A stretch of DNA of 63,715 nt, filler included, from Octopus bimaculoides (GCF_001194135.2; 5 parts of 4 records of this genome joined end to end with filler, not necessarily neighbours in it), one strand, 5' to 3'. Numbered from the whole stretch's first letter, positions 12,278 through 24,672 are shown. Made by a program: numbers and translations. Notes: a model not told the origin generated them from the letters alone.

Positions 12278-12367
12278 GTGCAGCTGAAGATTGCTCTACA
12301 TTTTATATTTGATGTAATGTTCACATTGCTTAATTAAATGGAGTCACATGAAACGACCGTACTGCAT
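12278..12367 (+). ncRNA. Minimal type I hammerhead motif (Penelope-type), stem II decayed
   Basis: GUGCAG CUGAAGA ... GAAA CGACC GUA CUGCAU, with a 5-6 bp stem I and a near-palindromic stem III. Confidence 0.55.
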
Positions 12368-12716
12368 TAACTTTGGATATCCTTGTTGCTTATTTTGATT
12401 TTAATCACCTTATTTTGAAACTGTATGGATAATACCATACTTAATTCTGGTGCCTAAACATTAAGTAGCATATNNNNNNNNNNNNNNNNNNNNNNNNNNN
12501 NNNNNNNNNNNNNNNNNNNNNNNNNNNNNNNNNNNNNNNNNNNNNNNNNNNNNNNNNNNNNNNNNNNNNNNNNNNNNNNNNNNNNNNNNNNNNNNNNNNN
12601 NNNNNNNNNNNNNNNNNNNNNNNNNNNNNNNNNNNNNNNNNNNNNNNNNNNNNNNNNNNNNNNNNNNNNNNNNNNNNNNNNNNNNNNNNNNATATATATA
12701 TATATATATATATATA

Positions 12717-14830
12717 ATCAGGTTGGTGCAAAAGTAATGGTTGATTTTAAGGTCTCTATTAAAAATAAAAAAGCCCATCATTAAGACACTATTTATTCGT
12801 TAATGTAATTTCTGTTGGTTTCTAGAACTTCATTCCATCTGTCAACAAGCTTATAAATGCCATGCTTGTAAAATTGTTTAGGTTTTGATGCGAAATATGA
12901 ATCCGACTTATTTTCAACCTCTTCCCTTGATGTCAACCTAAGCCCATTCAAATGGGTCTATAGTCCCTGAAACAAGTGATAATCAGAAGGAGCAAGGTCA
13001 GGAAAATATGGAGGATGAAGCAATATTTCCCAACCAAGCTCTTCCAAGAGATCTTTGATCAGTTGAACTGTGTGAGGACGAGTGTTATCATGGTGGAAGA
13101 TGACGCTCTTTCTGTTGACAAAGCAGGGCCACTTTCTGTTCAAAGCTGCTTTCAAACAAAGTCGATCACAGTACAGATTAGCAGTAATTCTTTGATTGTT
13201 GTCTAACAGTTCGTAATGGACAATTCCTTCAGTATCCCACCATACACTCAACATGATCTTCCTTGGATGAAGTCCTCCTCTTGGTTGTTGAACAGATCTT
13301 CCTCCTCGACTGATCCGCAAATGGCAGTGTTTAACGTTATAGTAAAGGATCCACTTCTCATCATCATCATCGTTTAACGTCCGCTTTCCATGCTAGCATG
13401 GATTGGACGATTTGACTGAGGACTGGTGCAACCGGATGGCTACACCAGGCTCCAATCTAATTTGGCAGAGTTTCTACAGCTGGATGCCCTTCCTAACGCT
13501 AACCACTCAGAGAGTGTAGTGGGTGCTTTTACGTGTCACCCGCATGAAAATGGCCACGCTCGAAATGGTGTCTTTTATGTGCCACCCGCACAAGAGCCAG
13601 TCCAGGGGCACTGGCAACGATCTCGCTCGAAANNNNNNNNNNNNNNNNNNNNNNNNNNNNNNNNNNNNNNNNNNNNNNNNNNNNNNNNNNNNNNNNNNNN
13701 NNNNNNNNNNNNNNNNNNNNNNNNNNNNNNNNNNNNNNNNNNNNNNNNNNNNNNNNNNNNNNNNNNNNNNNNNNNNNNNNNNNNNNNNNNNNNNNNNNNN
13801 NNNNNNNNNNNNNNNNNNNNNNNNNNNNNNNNNNNNNNNNNNNNNNNNNNNNNNNNNNNNNNNNNNNNNNNNNNNNNNNNNNNNNNNNNNNNNNNNNNNN
13901 NNNNNNNNNNNNNNNNNNNNNNNNNNNNNNNNNNNNNNNNNNNNNNNNNNNNNNNNNNNNNNNNNNNNNNNNNNNNNNNNNNNNNNNNNNNNNNNNCAGG
14001 TCTTCCTGGGCCTACCTCTTACACGGGTTCCCTCAACTGTTAGGGAGTGGCACTTTTTCACGCAGCTATCCTCATTCATTCTCACGACATGTCCAAACCA
14101 GCGCAATCGTCTCTCTTGCACACCACTACTGACGCTTCTTATGTTCAGCTTTTCTCTCAAGATACTTACACTCTGATGGGTATGCACATTTACATTACAC
14201 ATCCAGCGGAGCATACTGGCTTCATTCCTTGCGAGCTTACGCATGTCCTCAGCAGTCACAGCCCATGTTTCACTGCCATGTAGCATGGCTGTTCATCACC
14301 TGTAACAAATCTTCCAAAAATGGTCCCTTAAGGTGTTGTGAAAGGAATGACTGACAACAAACAATACACTGTTGTAGATTCTCTGGGGACAGTTTGTGCA
14401 GGACCCATTTTCGAACCACTGAAACCTTTCCGATCCTTTTCAGTTGGCGTAGAACAGTTGTATGGGCTACGTTAAACTGTCCTGCAAGTTCTCTACAAGT
14501 AGTGGTTGAATTTTCTGTGACAACAGCTTCCAACACTTTGGAATCAAGTTGTTTTGAACGACCTTCTTTTGGCTCGCCTTCCAAACTCAAATCCCCACTT
14601 CTGAAGCCAGAAAACCATCTCCTGCAACGTTTTTCACTCGCTACATCATCCCCATGAACTCTCTGAAGAAACTTGAACTGCAGTGCTTGCATTGACACCT
14701 TTATGAAACTCAGAGAGTAAGACATGTTTAATGTGATCTTTAGATGGGATGAGCATGGGTGTGAGTATAGCAGAAGATTATGACCAATCAGAATCGGAAT
14801 GAAAATTGTATAAATTACACATTGTGACAT
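12717..14830 (-). mobile_element. Decayed mariner transposon (Hsmar1-like TIR, D,D34D transposase) split by an RTE insertion
   Basis: HTH part RRWFSGFRSGDLSLE..., then VTGDE|KW, MLSVWWD, HHDNTRPH and HPPYFPDLAPSDYHLF. TIR CAGGTTGGTGCAAAAGTAAT at about 12719. Confidence 0.92.
13362..14293 (-). mobile_element. RTE LINE 3' fragment nested inside a mariner
   Basis: Reads MLHGSETWAV...RRLRWFGHVVRM...GRPRKT, followed by the 3'UTR and (GAT)n tail. Mariner coding sequence flanks both sides. Confidence 0.9.
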
Positions 14831-14917
14831 TCTTAAAACATTGCGAGAGGTACAATTTTAAAAGATACTGTCTAAAACTGTTTTCTAAAAAATCGACCAT
14901 TACACTTGCTGATAAAT

Positions 14918-15275
14918 AAAGAGAACAGAAAATGGAGAAGTACTGATGAACAACAATTGACTTCCATTAGTTATTATTTATTAATTCAATGCAAATAGAC
15001 TGCATCCCATCTAACAGCTGTTTCTGCTTCCAATGTAGTATGGTATTGCTATTAATAGGCAAAAATATTAATCATATTTGGTAATAAAACTTTATTCTTC
15101 ACTCTGATGAAGCTCCTTGTTTCAGATCTGTTTTATTACCAAATATGATCAATATTTTTGCATATCAATGGCAACACCATACAACATTAGAAGCAGTGTT
15201 TTTGCTTTGAATTAATAAATAATTGATGTAAGTCGACTGTTGTTCATCAATATTTCTCCATTTTCTGTTTTCTTT
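14918..15275. repeat. Long imperfect inverted repeat (about 170-bp arms, 39-bp spacer) carrying hammerhead half-motifs
   Basis: 14918-15090 is the reverse complement of 15130-15275, except for a deletion of about 24 bp in the right arm. Confidence 0.85.
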
Positions 15276-15348
15276 AAATTTTAATTCTTGATAAACCCAT
15301 GTTTATCCTTGTCTTTACCTATAACTTATGAATAGGTTTGCATATGTA

Positions 15349-15637
15349 TCATCATCATCATCATCATCATCGTTTAACGTCCGCTTTCCATGCTAGCATG
15401 GGTTGGACGATTTGACTGAGGACTGGTGAAACCGGATGGCAACACCAGGCTCCAGTCTGATTTGGCAGAGTTTCTACAGCTGGATGCCCTTCCTAACGCC
15501 AACCACTCAGAGAGTGTAGTGGGTGCTTTTACGTGTCACCCGCACGAAAACGGCCACGCTCGAAATGGTGTCTTTTATGTGCCACCCGCACAAGCCAGTC
15601 CAGGGGCACTGGCAACGATCTCGCTCGAAAATCCTAC
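15349..15637 (-). mobile_element. RTE LINE 3'UTR and tail, runs into a gap
   Basis: Near-identical to the 3' ends at 9300-9596 and 13362-13632. Confidence 0.88.
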
Positions 15638-15860
15638 NNNNNNNNNNNNNNNNNNNNNNNNNNNNNNNNNNNNNNNNNNNNTTAATTAATTAANNNNNNN
15701 NNNNNNNNNNNNNNNNNNNNNNNNNNNNNNNNNNNNNAACAACATGTTCAAAAATAACCCCAAAAATTTTTACAGGAAGATAGGGAAAACATCAGTTACA
15801 GTAAAGTCTGTCCTATCAAAAGAAGAAGGCTGGCAAGTTCAGTGGAAGGGATAAATCCCT

Positions 15861-16026
15861 TACCATATTTTAACATGTATAAGGAACCCATTAATTTTTG
15901 GGGCTTAAAATTTGGAAAAAAGGTTTTGTAAGGGATTATAATACTATCCATGTATAAGAAACTCCCATATATTTTTAACCTAATTTTTGACAAAAAAGGG
16001 TTCCTTATATATGTTAAAATATGGTA
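15861..16026. mobile_element. Tc1/pogo-type MITE
   Basis: 28-bp TIR TACCATATTTTAACATGTATAAGGAACC with one mismatch, including the TA ends. Confidence 0.75.
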
Positions 16027-16696
16027 CATCAACCCCATTGTCCAACTGGTGTTTATGTTACTGGCCCCATCTGAAAGGACGAAAGTAAAGTCAACCTTGG
16101 TGGAGTTTGAACTCAGAGCATAAGACGGATGAAATACAGCTAAGCATTTTGTTTAATGTAGTAATGATTCAGCCAGCAGCTGGTATTCCGTTGCCCATGA
16201 CAACAAGTATTTCAGTTGATCCAATCAATGGAACAGCCTGCTCATGAAATTAACATGCAAGTAGCTGAGTACTCCACAGACACTCATGTACCTTTAATGA
16301 AGTTCTGAGGGAGATTCAGAGTTACTCAGAACATGACAAGGCCGATCCTTTGAATTACAGGTACAACTCATTTTCACCAGTTGAGTGGAGTGGAGGAATG
16401 AGAAATAAAGGGTTTTGCTTAAGGACCAATGTGTTGCCTGGAATTGAACTCACAACCTTACAATTGCGAGCTGAATACCGTAACACACACACACATAGAA
16501 ATACATATACACACATACATACACAGAGAAACACATATATGCACACAGAGAAACACACACAGAGAAAGACACACACAGAAACACACACCTACACACACAC
16601 ACACACACATACACACACAGAGAAACACACACACACAGAAACACACACCACACACAGAAACATACACACACAGAAACACACACACACATATACACA

Positions 16697-16925
16697 TGGC
16701 GAGCTGGCAGAAACGTTAGCATGCCGGGCGAAATGCCTAGAGGTATTTCATCTGCCACTATGTTCTGAGTTCAAATTCCGCCGAGGTCAACTTTGCTTTC
16801 ATCCTTTCGGGGTCGATTAAATAAGTACCCGTTAAGCACTGGGGTCGATATAATCGCCTTAATCCGTTTGTCTGTCTTTGTTTGTCCCCTCTATGTTTAG
16901 CCTCTTGTGGGCAATAAAGAAATAA
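16697..16925 (+). mobile_element. tRNA-derived SINE, third family, with a CCTTTCATCCTTTCGGGGTCGATAAA central domain
   Basis: B-box GAGTTCAAATTCC. Copies at about 435-595, 700-800, 5725-5875, 5975-6130, 7150-7355, 16040-16180, 37240-37380 and 41880-42090. The central domain recalls the MetaSINE type (from memory, unverified). Confidence 0.8.
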
Positions 16926-17092
16926 GAAACACACACACACACACACACACACAGAAACACACATACACACAGAGAAACACATACACACGCACACATGGAA
17001 ATACACACACACACACACACACACTGAAAAACATACTCAAACATACACACATATATACACATGTACACACAGATACAGACACAGACACACAC

Positions 17093-17129
<37 letters not shown>

Positions 17130-18131
17130 TCTGTCCACGAAGCGATTTATTTTTCAACAGCTTTAATATAACTGAATCCAAAGTTAAGTTTATTGCTTAT
17201 TGATCCCAAGTGATTATTAGAAAAGTACATTTATCATTTTTATCCTAATCAAATTAGANNNNNNNNNNNNNNNNNNNNNNNNNNNNNNNNNNNNNNNNNN
17301 NNNNNNNNNNNNNNNNNNNNNNNNNNNNNNNNNNNNNNNNNNNNNNNNNNNNNNNNNNNNNNNNNNNNNNNNNNNNNNNNNNNNNNNNNNNNNNNNNNNN
17401 NNNNNNNNNNNNNNNNNNNNNNNNNNNNNNNNNNNNNNNNNNNNNNNNNNNNNNNNNNNNNNNNNNNNNNNNNNNNNNNNNNNNNNNNNNNNNNNNNNNN
17501 NNNNNNNNNNNNNNNNNNNNNNNNNNNNNNNNNNNNNNNNNNNNNNNNNNNNNNNNNNNNNNNNNNNNNNNNNNNNNNNNNNNNNNNNNNNNNNNNNNNN
17601 NNNNNNNNNNNNNNNNNNNNNNNNNNNNNNNNNNNNNNNNNNNNNNNNNNNNNNNNNNNNNNNNNNNNNNNNNNNNNNNNNNNNNNNNNNNNNNNNNNNN
17701 NNNNNNNNNNNNNNNNNNNNNNNNNNNNNNNNNNNNNNNNNNNNNNNNNNNNNNNNNNNNNNNNNNNNNNNNNNNNNNNNNNNNNNNNNNNNNNNNNNNN
17801 NNNNNNNNNNNNNNNNNNNNNNNNNNNNNNNNNNNNNNNNNNNNNNNNNNNNNNNNNNNNNNNNNNNNNNNNNNNNNNNNNNNNNNNNNNNNNNNNNNNN
17901 NNNNNNNNNNNNNNNNNNNNNNNNNNNNNNNNNNNNNNNNNNNNNNNNNNNNNNNNNNNNNNNNNNNNNNNNNNNNNNNNNNNNNNNNNNNNNNNNNNNN
18001 NNNNNNNNNNNNNNNNNNNNNNNNNNNNNNNNNNNNNNNNNNNNNNNNNNNNNNNNNNNNNNNNNNNNNNNNNNNNNNNNNNNNNNNNNNNNNNNNNNNN
18101 NNNNNNNNNNNNNNNNNNNNNNNNNNNNNNN

Positions 18132-18192
<61 letters not shown>

Positions 18193-19552
18193 TATATATA
18201 TGATATGCATGTAGAGATATATGTGTGTGTGTGTGTATGTGTGTGTATATATATAGATAGATAAATAGATAGAGAGATAGATATAGAGAGAGGGGGGAAG
18301 AGAGAGGGAGAAAGATTAGTTACAACAAGCCATAAGATGTCTTTTATGAGATTTTGTGATACACATTAGTTTCTTTTTGTTAGTTCTAATTAGATTTTTG
18401 CTGCCACCCACCTACCCTTACCCCAATTCTGTGAAAATATATTGGTAATAATCAACACATACGTCTGTACAAATTGCCGCCAGAAATTTCTGGCGAAAAT
18501 AATTGGAGCAAAGATATATGATCGTATAGAACTGTTGTTTCTTTTCTTTTTTTTTCTTCTTTTTTTCCTTCTTCCTTTTAAACGAAGCTCAATTAGATAA
18601 TAAACCATCTAAGATATGAGACTTAGAAAGAGTTAGGGCATTACACTGATCTTGACAGCTGAAATTCACAATATTTTATGAGAGAGAATGTTGTGTTATA
18701 ACTAATAAAAAACATATGTACGAATAAATATGATGAAAAGTGGTGTGAGTTAAAAACAGGTAAAATAAATCTTCTCTGTCATATATATGTATTTCCTTGG
18801 GAATTGGACAATCGAGTGAGGATTGTTATTTTCGACAAATATTTTATAGTGATCCATCATTTTAAAGAAATGAATATCTTATGCAAATATTTACATACAT
18901 CTAAATACATTCGGTGTATAAATGCACACATACAAACAGGCACACATGCGCATGCTCAAATGCTCACCCACACACCGATGCAGATGTGCACGCTCTCATA
19001 CACACGCATACATATTCGGAGGAAATTGAATGTTTAAGAACCATAAAATCTTTCATGTTCAGCTTCAATTTTTAATTATTTCCCTTCTCTTCAATGTGAC
19101 ATACAATCTAAATAAACATGCTGTACCTAATGGACACACACACACACAAAACCACATACATATACATTTCTCTGTACATTCACACACACACATTCTCAAA
19201 CATACACACACACACACAACCATATACACACACATATCTAATGTACATACACACACAAACACTCACACATACACACACACACCTATGTACATATACATGC
19301 ACACTTACATACATATTTATGTATATATACACATACATACACATATGTATATGTATGTAGATGCAGTGGCACACAGTTAAGTGGTAAGGGTATGGCTCGC
19401 ACAAGTGTAAGATTGTAGTTTCAATTCCCACACCTGGCGATGGGTTGTGTTCTTGAGCAAAACACTTCATTTCACATTTCTCCACTTCAACTGGCAAATG
19501 TGAGTAATCCTACAGTGAACTGGGATCACATCCAGTGGTGTGGCGAGATATA

Positions 19553-19880
19553 TCATCATCATCATCATCGTTGTTTAACATCCGCTTTCCATGCTAGCAT
19601 GGGTTGGACGATTTGACTGAGGACTGGTGAAACCAGATGGCTACACCAGGCTCCAATCTGATTTGGCAGAGTTTCTACAGCTGGATGCTCTTCCTAACGT
19701 CAACCACTCTGAGAGTGTAGTGGGTGCTTTTACGTGCCACCGGCACAAAGGCCAGTCAGGCGGTACTGGCAATGGCCATGCTCGAAATGGTGTATTTTAT
19801 ATGCCACCTGCACAGGAGCCAGTCCAGCGGCACTGGCAACGATCTCGCTTGAATGTCTTTTCATGTGCCACTGGCACAAG
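19553..19880 (-). mobile_element. RTE LINE 3'UTR and tail
   Basis: Same 3' terminal sequence and (GAT)n tail as the other RTE copies. Confidence 0.85.
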
Positions 19881-21366
19881 TGCCAGGAAGGCGACGTTAG
19901 TTATATATGCCATGGAATTTAGGAAACTGGAGCTTATGAGCCTATGGCTTGGAAAGGATCTCTGATCCATTTTCTGTTATGTACATAGCTAATTTTTGAG
20001 GATTAATTTAGGATTGAGCAAGGAATAGGTAATAATTAAAAAAAAATGAATAAAGATACCTTGTGAGTGGATTTGGTAGATGGAAACTGAAAAAAACCCA
20101 TCATATATATATATTAGAAATCCTCTTAGCCCCTTGTGGAGCATAGGGCTGGTTTCCATGGTGTATGCGTTCCCCCCTAGCTGGATGGGATGCCAGTCCA
20201 TCGCAGCTTTTTACTCAAGAAACAGGAAGAAAGAGTGAGAGAATGTTGGGGCCTGGTGCAACCTCCTGGCTTACCAGTCCTCGGTCAAACCGTCCAACCC
20301 ATGCCAGCATGGAAAACGGACGTCAAACGATGCTGATGATGAGAGGGAGCAGCTGAAAACAAGATGATGTTGATAGCAAGGTGTCAGAGCAATATTAAAG
20401 ATGTGTGGCTTAGTTGTTAGGGTGTTCGGCTCCTGATCATAAAGTCATGAGTTCGATTCCTGGCTGTGCGTTGTGTCCTAGAGCAAGACACTTCATTTTG
20501 CCCTGCTCCAATCCATTCAGCAGGAAACAATGAGTTGTGCCCATAATTCAAAGGACCAGCCTTGTCACATTCTGTGTCACACTGAATCTCCCCAAGAACT
20601 ACTTTCAGATCATGTGTGTCTGTGAAGTACTCAGCCACTTGCATGTTAATTTCACGAGCGGGTTGTTCCATTGGCTGGATTAACTGTAACCCTCATTGTC
20701 ATAATTGACAAAATGCCAGAAATGGTAAAAGATGGTGAGAATAAGAGAGAATATGGACCGAGGTTTGGGAAGGTTAGGTGGGTAAGTTTATAGGAGTGTG
20801 AGAGAAAAAGTATCGGGTGGTTTGAGATGGAGGTAAGGGTGAAGTAGGGAATGATGCATTGGAATGGAGGTATGGTTGCTGGTAAATATCAGTATAGAGG
20901 AAGAAAAAAAAAAATGGTCAAAGAGAAGGAAGGGATAAGTGACAGTACAAGAAAGGTGGAGAGCAGCTGTATTAAATACCTGTAGGTTGATCAGAAAATT
21001 GCGAGATACAGTGTATGGAGTGGGAGAGTGGGGAAAGAAAGAGAGAGATGTACAGTGATAGAGATGGAGGTCAGAGGTACAAAGTGGTGGCTGTACTGAA
21101 TGTAGAACAAAGGAGGGGAGGCGTCGATGGCAGATATGTGAGGGAGTTGAAAGTGACAGCAGATATGAGAGGCTGTTAAAAATGAGGAGTGGCAATCCTA
21201 AGATGTAGTTCAAAGGGGAGGTTGGGATGCTTGGAAGCCCAGAAAGGGGGTGGGTGGGGTGGATCAGTGGAAAATGAAATGGGAAGGGATGATATTGAAA
21301 ACGAGGAATGAATGTTAAGGAAAGTGGTTCCAGGTAGACTATATGTATATGTGTGTACATAAAATA

Positions 21367-21409
<43 letters not shown>

Positions 21410-21617
21410 GTGTAAGTTTCAGTGTGGACATGAAGAGTGCAAGTGTAATAGATAAAATTATTGCATCAATGTGTTCTCGTTGGTCAACCATGCGTTTACT
21501 GCAAGAAGCTATAACAACACATTGCTATATAAAACACGAAACAAGACTAGACAGAAAAAAAAAGACCCCCCATTAGGTGATAACTAAGTTAGTTGATACA
21601 AATTGCATGCCCTGCAG

Positions 21618-21658
<41 letters not shown>

Positions 21659-22369
21659 TGCACACATCATGCATATGAATATATATATATATGTATGTAT
21701 ATAAATTTCATTGTAAACATGTAAGTTCTAAGTGTCGTAGCTCAAACTGTTACATTGGACACATAATTACAACACTTTCTTGTTGGTCGACCATGCATTT
21801 ACAGCATGAAGCTATATAACAGCGTCATATTATAACATAGAACATGAAACCAGATAGGATCGAAAACATATTAGCAGATAACACTTCCATCATGGAAGTC
21901 AGCAAAAAAAACCAAAAAAAAAGAACAAAAAAAAAAGACAAAACAAAGAAAAAAAACAACAACTAGAAAATTAGCTGTCAAAGCAAAATACATATCAAAA
22001 ACAGCACACGGATCTGCTTACATAACCCATGGAATAAACTATAAAAAGAACCTTGTGCTAAAAGTTAATTTGAAATCGAAAGAGGATTATTTTCTATCAG
22101 TTATAATATCATTTTCCTGATCCCTTGTTAAATCCTTCAGCATTCGGATTGCTTCGTCAAATGTAATTCTTATTTATTCACATTGTTTTGAATTAATCAG
22201 GTGTTATCTTGCAGCTTCAAGATTTTGATGATGTGATTAATTTAATATTGATGTTGTAGGATATGTGTGAAAGGCTAGATCTGGACAGAGTGAACGTAAA
22301 AACAGAGAATATTTAGATCCAATATGGTTGGTTTAGATTAGTCTGCCAAACATAATGCTTATTTACTCA

Positions 22370-22797
22370 CATTGGCACCGAGGCAATGACTAGTGACCGA
22401 GACCTTTGGAAATATGCTGTGCGTGAGAAGACCCGGCAAGACAAGTGAGACCATAACCCGTGGCCTTTACCAGGGGTGTAGCCAGCCCACTTATGCGTAC
22501 CTTTCCTTCTTTGGACACAAAACCCTGCTTGCGAAGATCTGTTGAGGCAAGTGAAATCGAAATCGAACCAAATTCGTTGACTGGCACCCATGCCAACCTT
22601 CCCTCATTGGACGCTAAACTCTGCTTGCGAAGACCTGTTGGGGCAAGTGGAATCGAAACTGAACCAAATTCGATGACTGGTACCTGTGCCAGTGGAGCGC
22701 TAACAGGACCATCTGAGCGGGTCACTGCCAGAGCTTCCGTGCTGGTTGCACGTAAAAAGCACCATTTGAGCGTGATCATTACCAGCGTCGCCTTGGG
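22370..22797 (+). mobile_element. RTE LINE 3'UTR fragment with an internal duplicated module
   Basis: Shares GTGAGAAGACCCGGCAA and CTTGCGAAGA.CTGTTG.GGCAAGTG with the reverse complement of 4830-4990. The module is present twice. Confidence 0.75.
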
Positions 22798-23390
22798 CCT
22801 CCAACCAAACCTTTTGCAATACCCTTAAAGCCAGGAACTTTCCAGCACCCCCTTGTACATACAAACATACATAAACATACATATAAGGTGTATTCTGTGA
22901 AGGCATATGGCTTAGTGGTTACAGTATTTGGTTCATGATTGCAAGGCAGTGAGTCTGATTCCTGGTGATGCTTGTGTCCTTGAGCAAGACACTTTATTTC
23001 ACGTTGCTCCAGTCCATTCAGCTGGGAAGAATGAGTTGTATCTGTAATTCAAAGGAACAGCCTTGTCACACTCTGTGTCACGCTGAATCTCCATGAGAAC
23101 TACATTATGGGTATGCATGTCTGTCTCCATGTGGTCGGCTTGAAAAATTAAGACACCTGGTTATTTTCCTACTTTTCTTAATATGAAACCAATGGCAGCC
23201 TTAATTCACAAATAAAGAAATCATGTCCATCAATGCAGTGTTGAGCACTCATTTCTATCGTTCGTCATTTATGTTTCAAAGCTACCTCCGTCAACAAACA
23301 CCGGTTAAGCACTAAAAATGAATAAAGAATCAAAACAAACCACGGAAAACATGAAATAATGACACCACTGAAAAATATTCCTATTCCACC

Positions 23391-23466
23391 ATAGCCATGA
23401 TAAAACTTCGAGTTTCGGATGTCGGGGCGGAAACCCACACCGTCATCTCTTCAGTTATCTGGCCAT
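23391..23466 (-). ncRNA. Type I hammerhead ribozyme motif
   Basis: Core CUGAAGA...GAAA...GUU. Stem I AUGGCCA-GAUAA pairs with UUAUC-(A)-UGGCUAU. Stem II is about 11 bp with two mismatches; stem III is A-U, C-G, U-A. Confidence 0.8.
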
Positions 23467-23898
23467 CGAAAAACGCTATGAAAATGACCGCAGAAGAATT
23501 CAATATGGACGCCTACTACATTGATTAGGTCATTTTCATAGCATTTTTTCGATGGCCAGATAACTGANNNNNNNNNNNNNNNNNNNNNNNNNNNNNNNNN
23601 NNNNNNNNNNNNNNNNNNNNNNNNNNNNNNNNNNNNNNNNNNNNNNNNNNNNNNNNNNNNNNNNNNNNNNNNNNNNNNNNNNNNNNNNNNNNNNNNNNNN
23701 NNNNNNNNNNNNNNNNNNNNNNNNNNNNNNNNNNNNNNNNNNNNNNNNNNNNNNNNNNNNNNNNNNNNNNNNNNNNNNNNNNNNNNNNNNNNNNNNNNNN
23801 NNNNNNNNNNNNNNNNNNNNNNNNNNNNNNNNNNNNNNNNNNNNNNNNNNNNNNNNNNNNNNNNNNNNNNNNNNNNNNNNNNNNNNNTATATATATCA

Positions 23899-23930
<32 letters not shown>

Positions 23931-24638
23931 GTGTCTTTATGCTTGGTTTGTCTCCCACCAGCACTCAACTGGTGTTAGTGTGTTTATGTCCCTGTAACTT
24001 AGCAAAAGAGACCAATAAAATAAATACATGGCTTCAAAAAAAAAAAATTATAATAATAATAAGTACTGAGGTCAGTTTGGTCATCAAAAATTCTTCAAGG
24101 TGGTGCCCTGGTCCTGCATGAAATTAGGCTGTGGTGCCAAAAAGTGTTGGAGACCTTTTTGGTGCAGAATACTTTCCATTTGTGGAATTGTAGCTTGTTT
24201 TAATGTGAATTGTGACATTCATTGCTGTTTGTTGAATGTCACGAATGAAATTAATAATAATGATAAATATTTCGCTCTATTATCCGTGGAAATGTTCCAT
24301 TTTTAATTAACATTACCTTATTCTTGCTTTTTTATGTAAAGAATTTCGAACCTATCAATGTTTGATTCGTATATGCAATATAGATTTATATCTATCACTC
24401 TCAAACGCAAGAAAAGGCCTTAATGTGCTATGAAAGCTTTGAAAAAATGCATTCAATGAAACTAAGGAAGTTGAAGCAATATTTGCAAGATCTTGACCCT
24501 TGGCATAGGGACAAAAACAAAAGGCATTTTTTTAATGCCATGATTGTTCTCAAAAAGATGAAGCTGCATTCAACAAAGATATTCCAAGATATGAACGAAA
24601 AGGCTAGTGACGCTTTGTATACCAATAGAAATGATAAA

Positions 24639-24672
<34 letters not shown>

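Noticed and set aside
15682-15693. TTAATTAATTAA embedded in N runs (also about 38222, 58356 and 62240)
   Set aside because: An identical palindrome with stops in all six frames, centred in fixed-length N blocks, is an artificial scaffold linker. Contiguity across these joins is uncertain.
16350-17203. His/Thr-rich and Cys/Val-rich ORFs
   Set aside because: Translations of (CA)n/(TG)n microsatellites.
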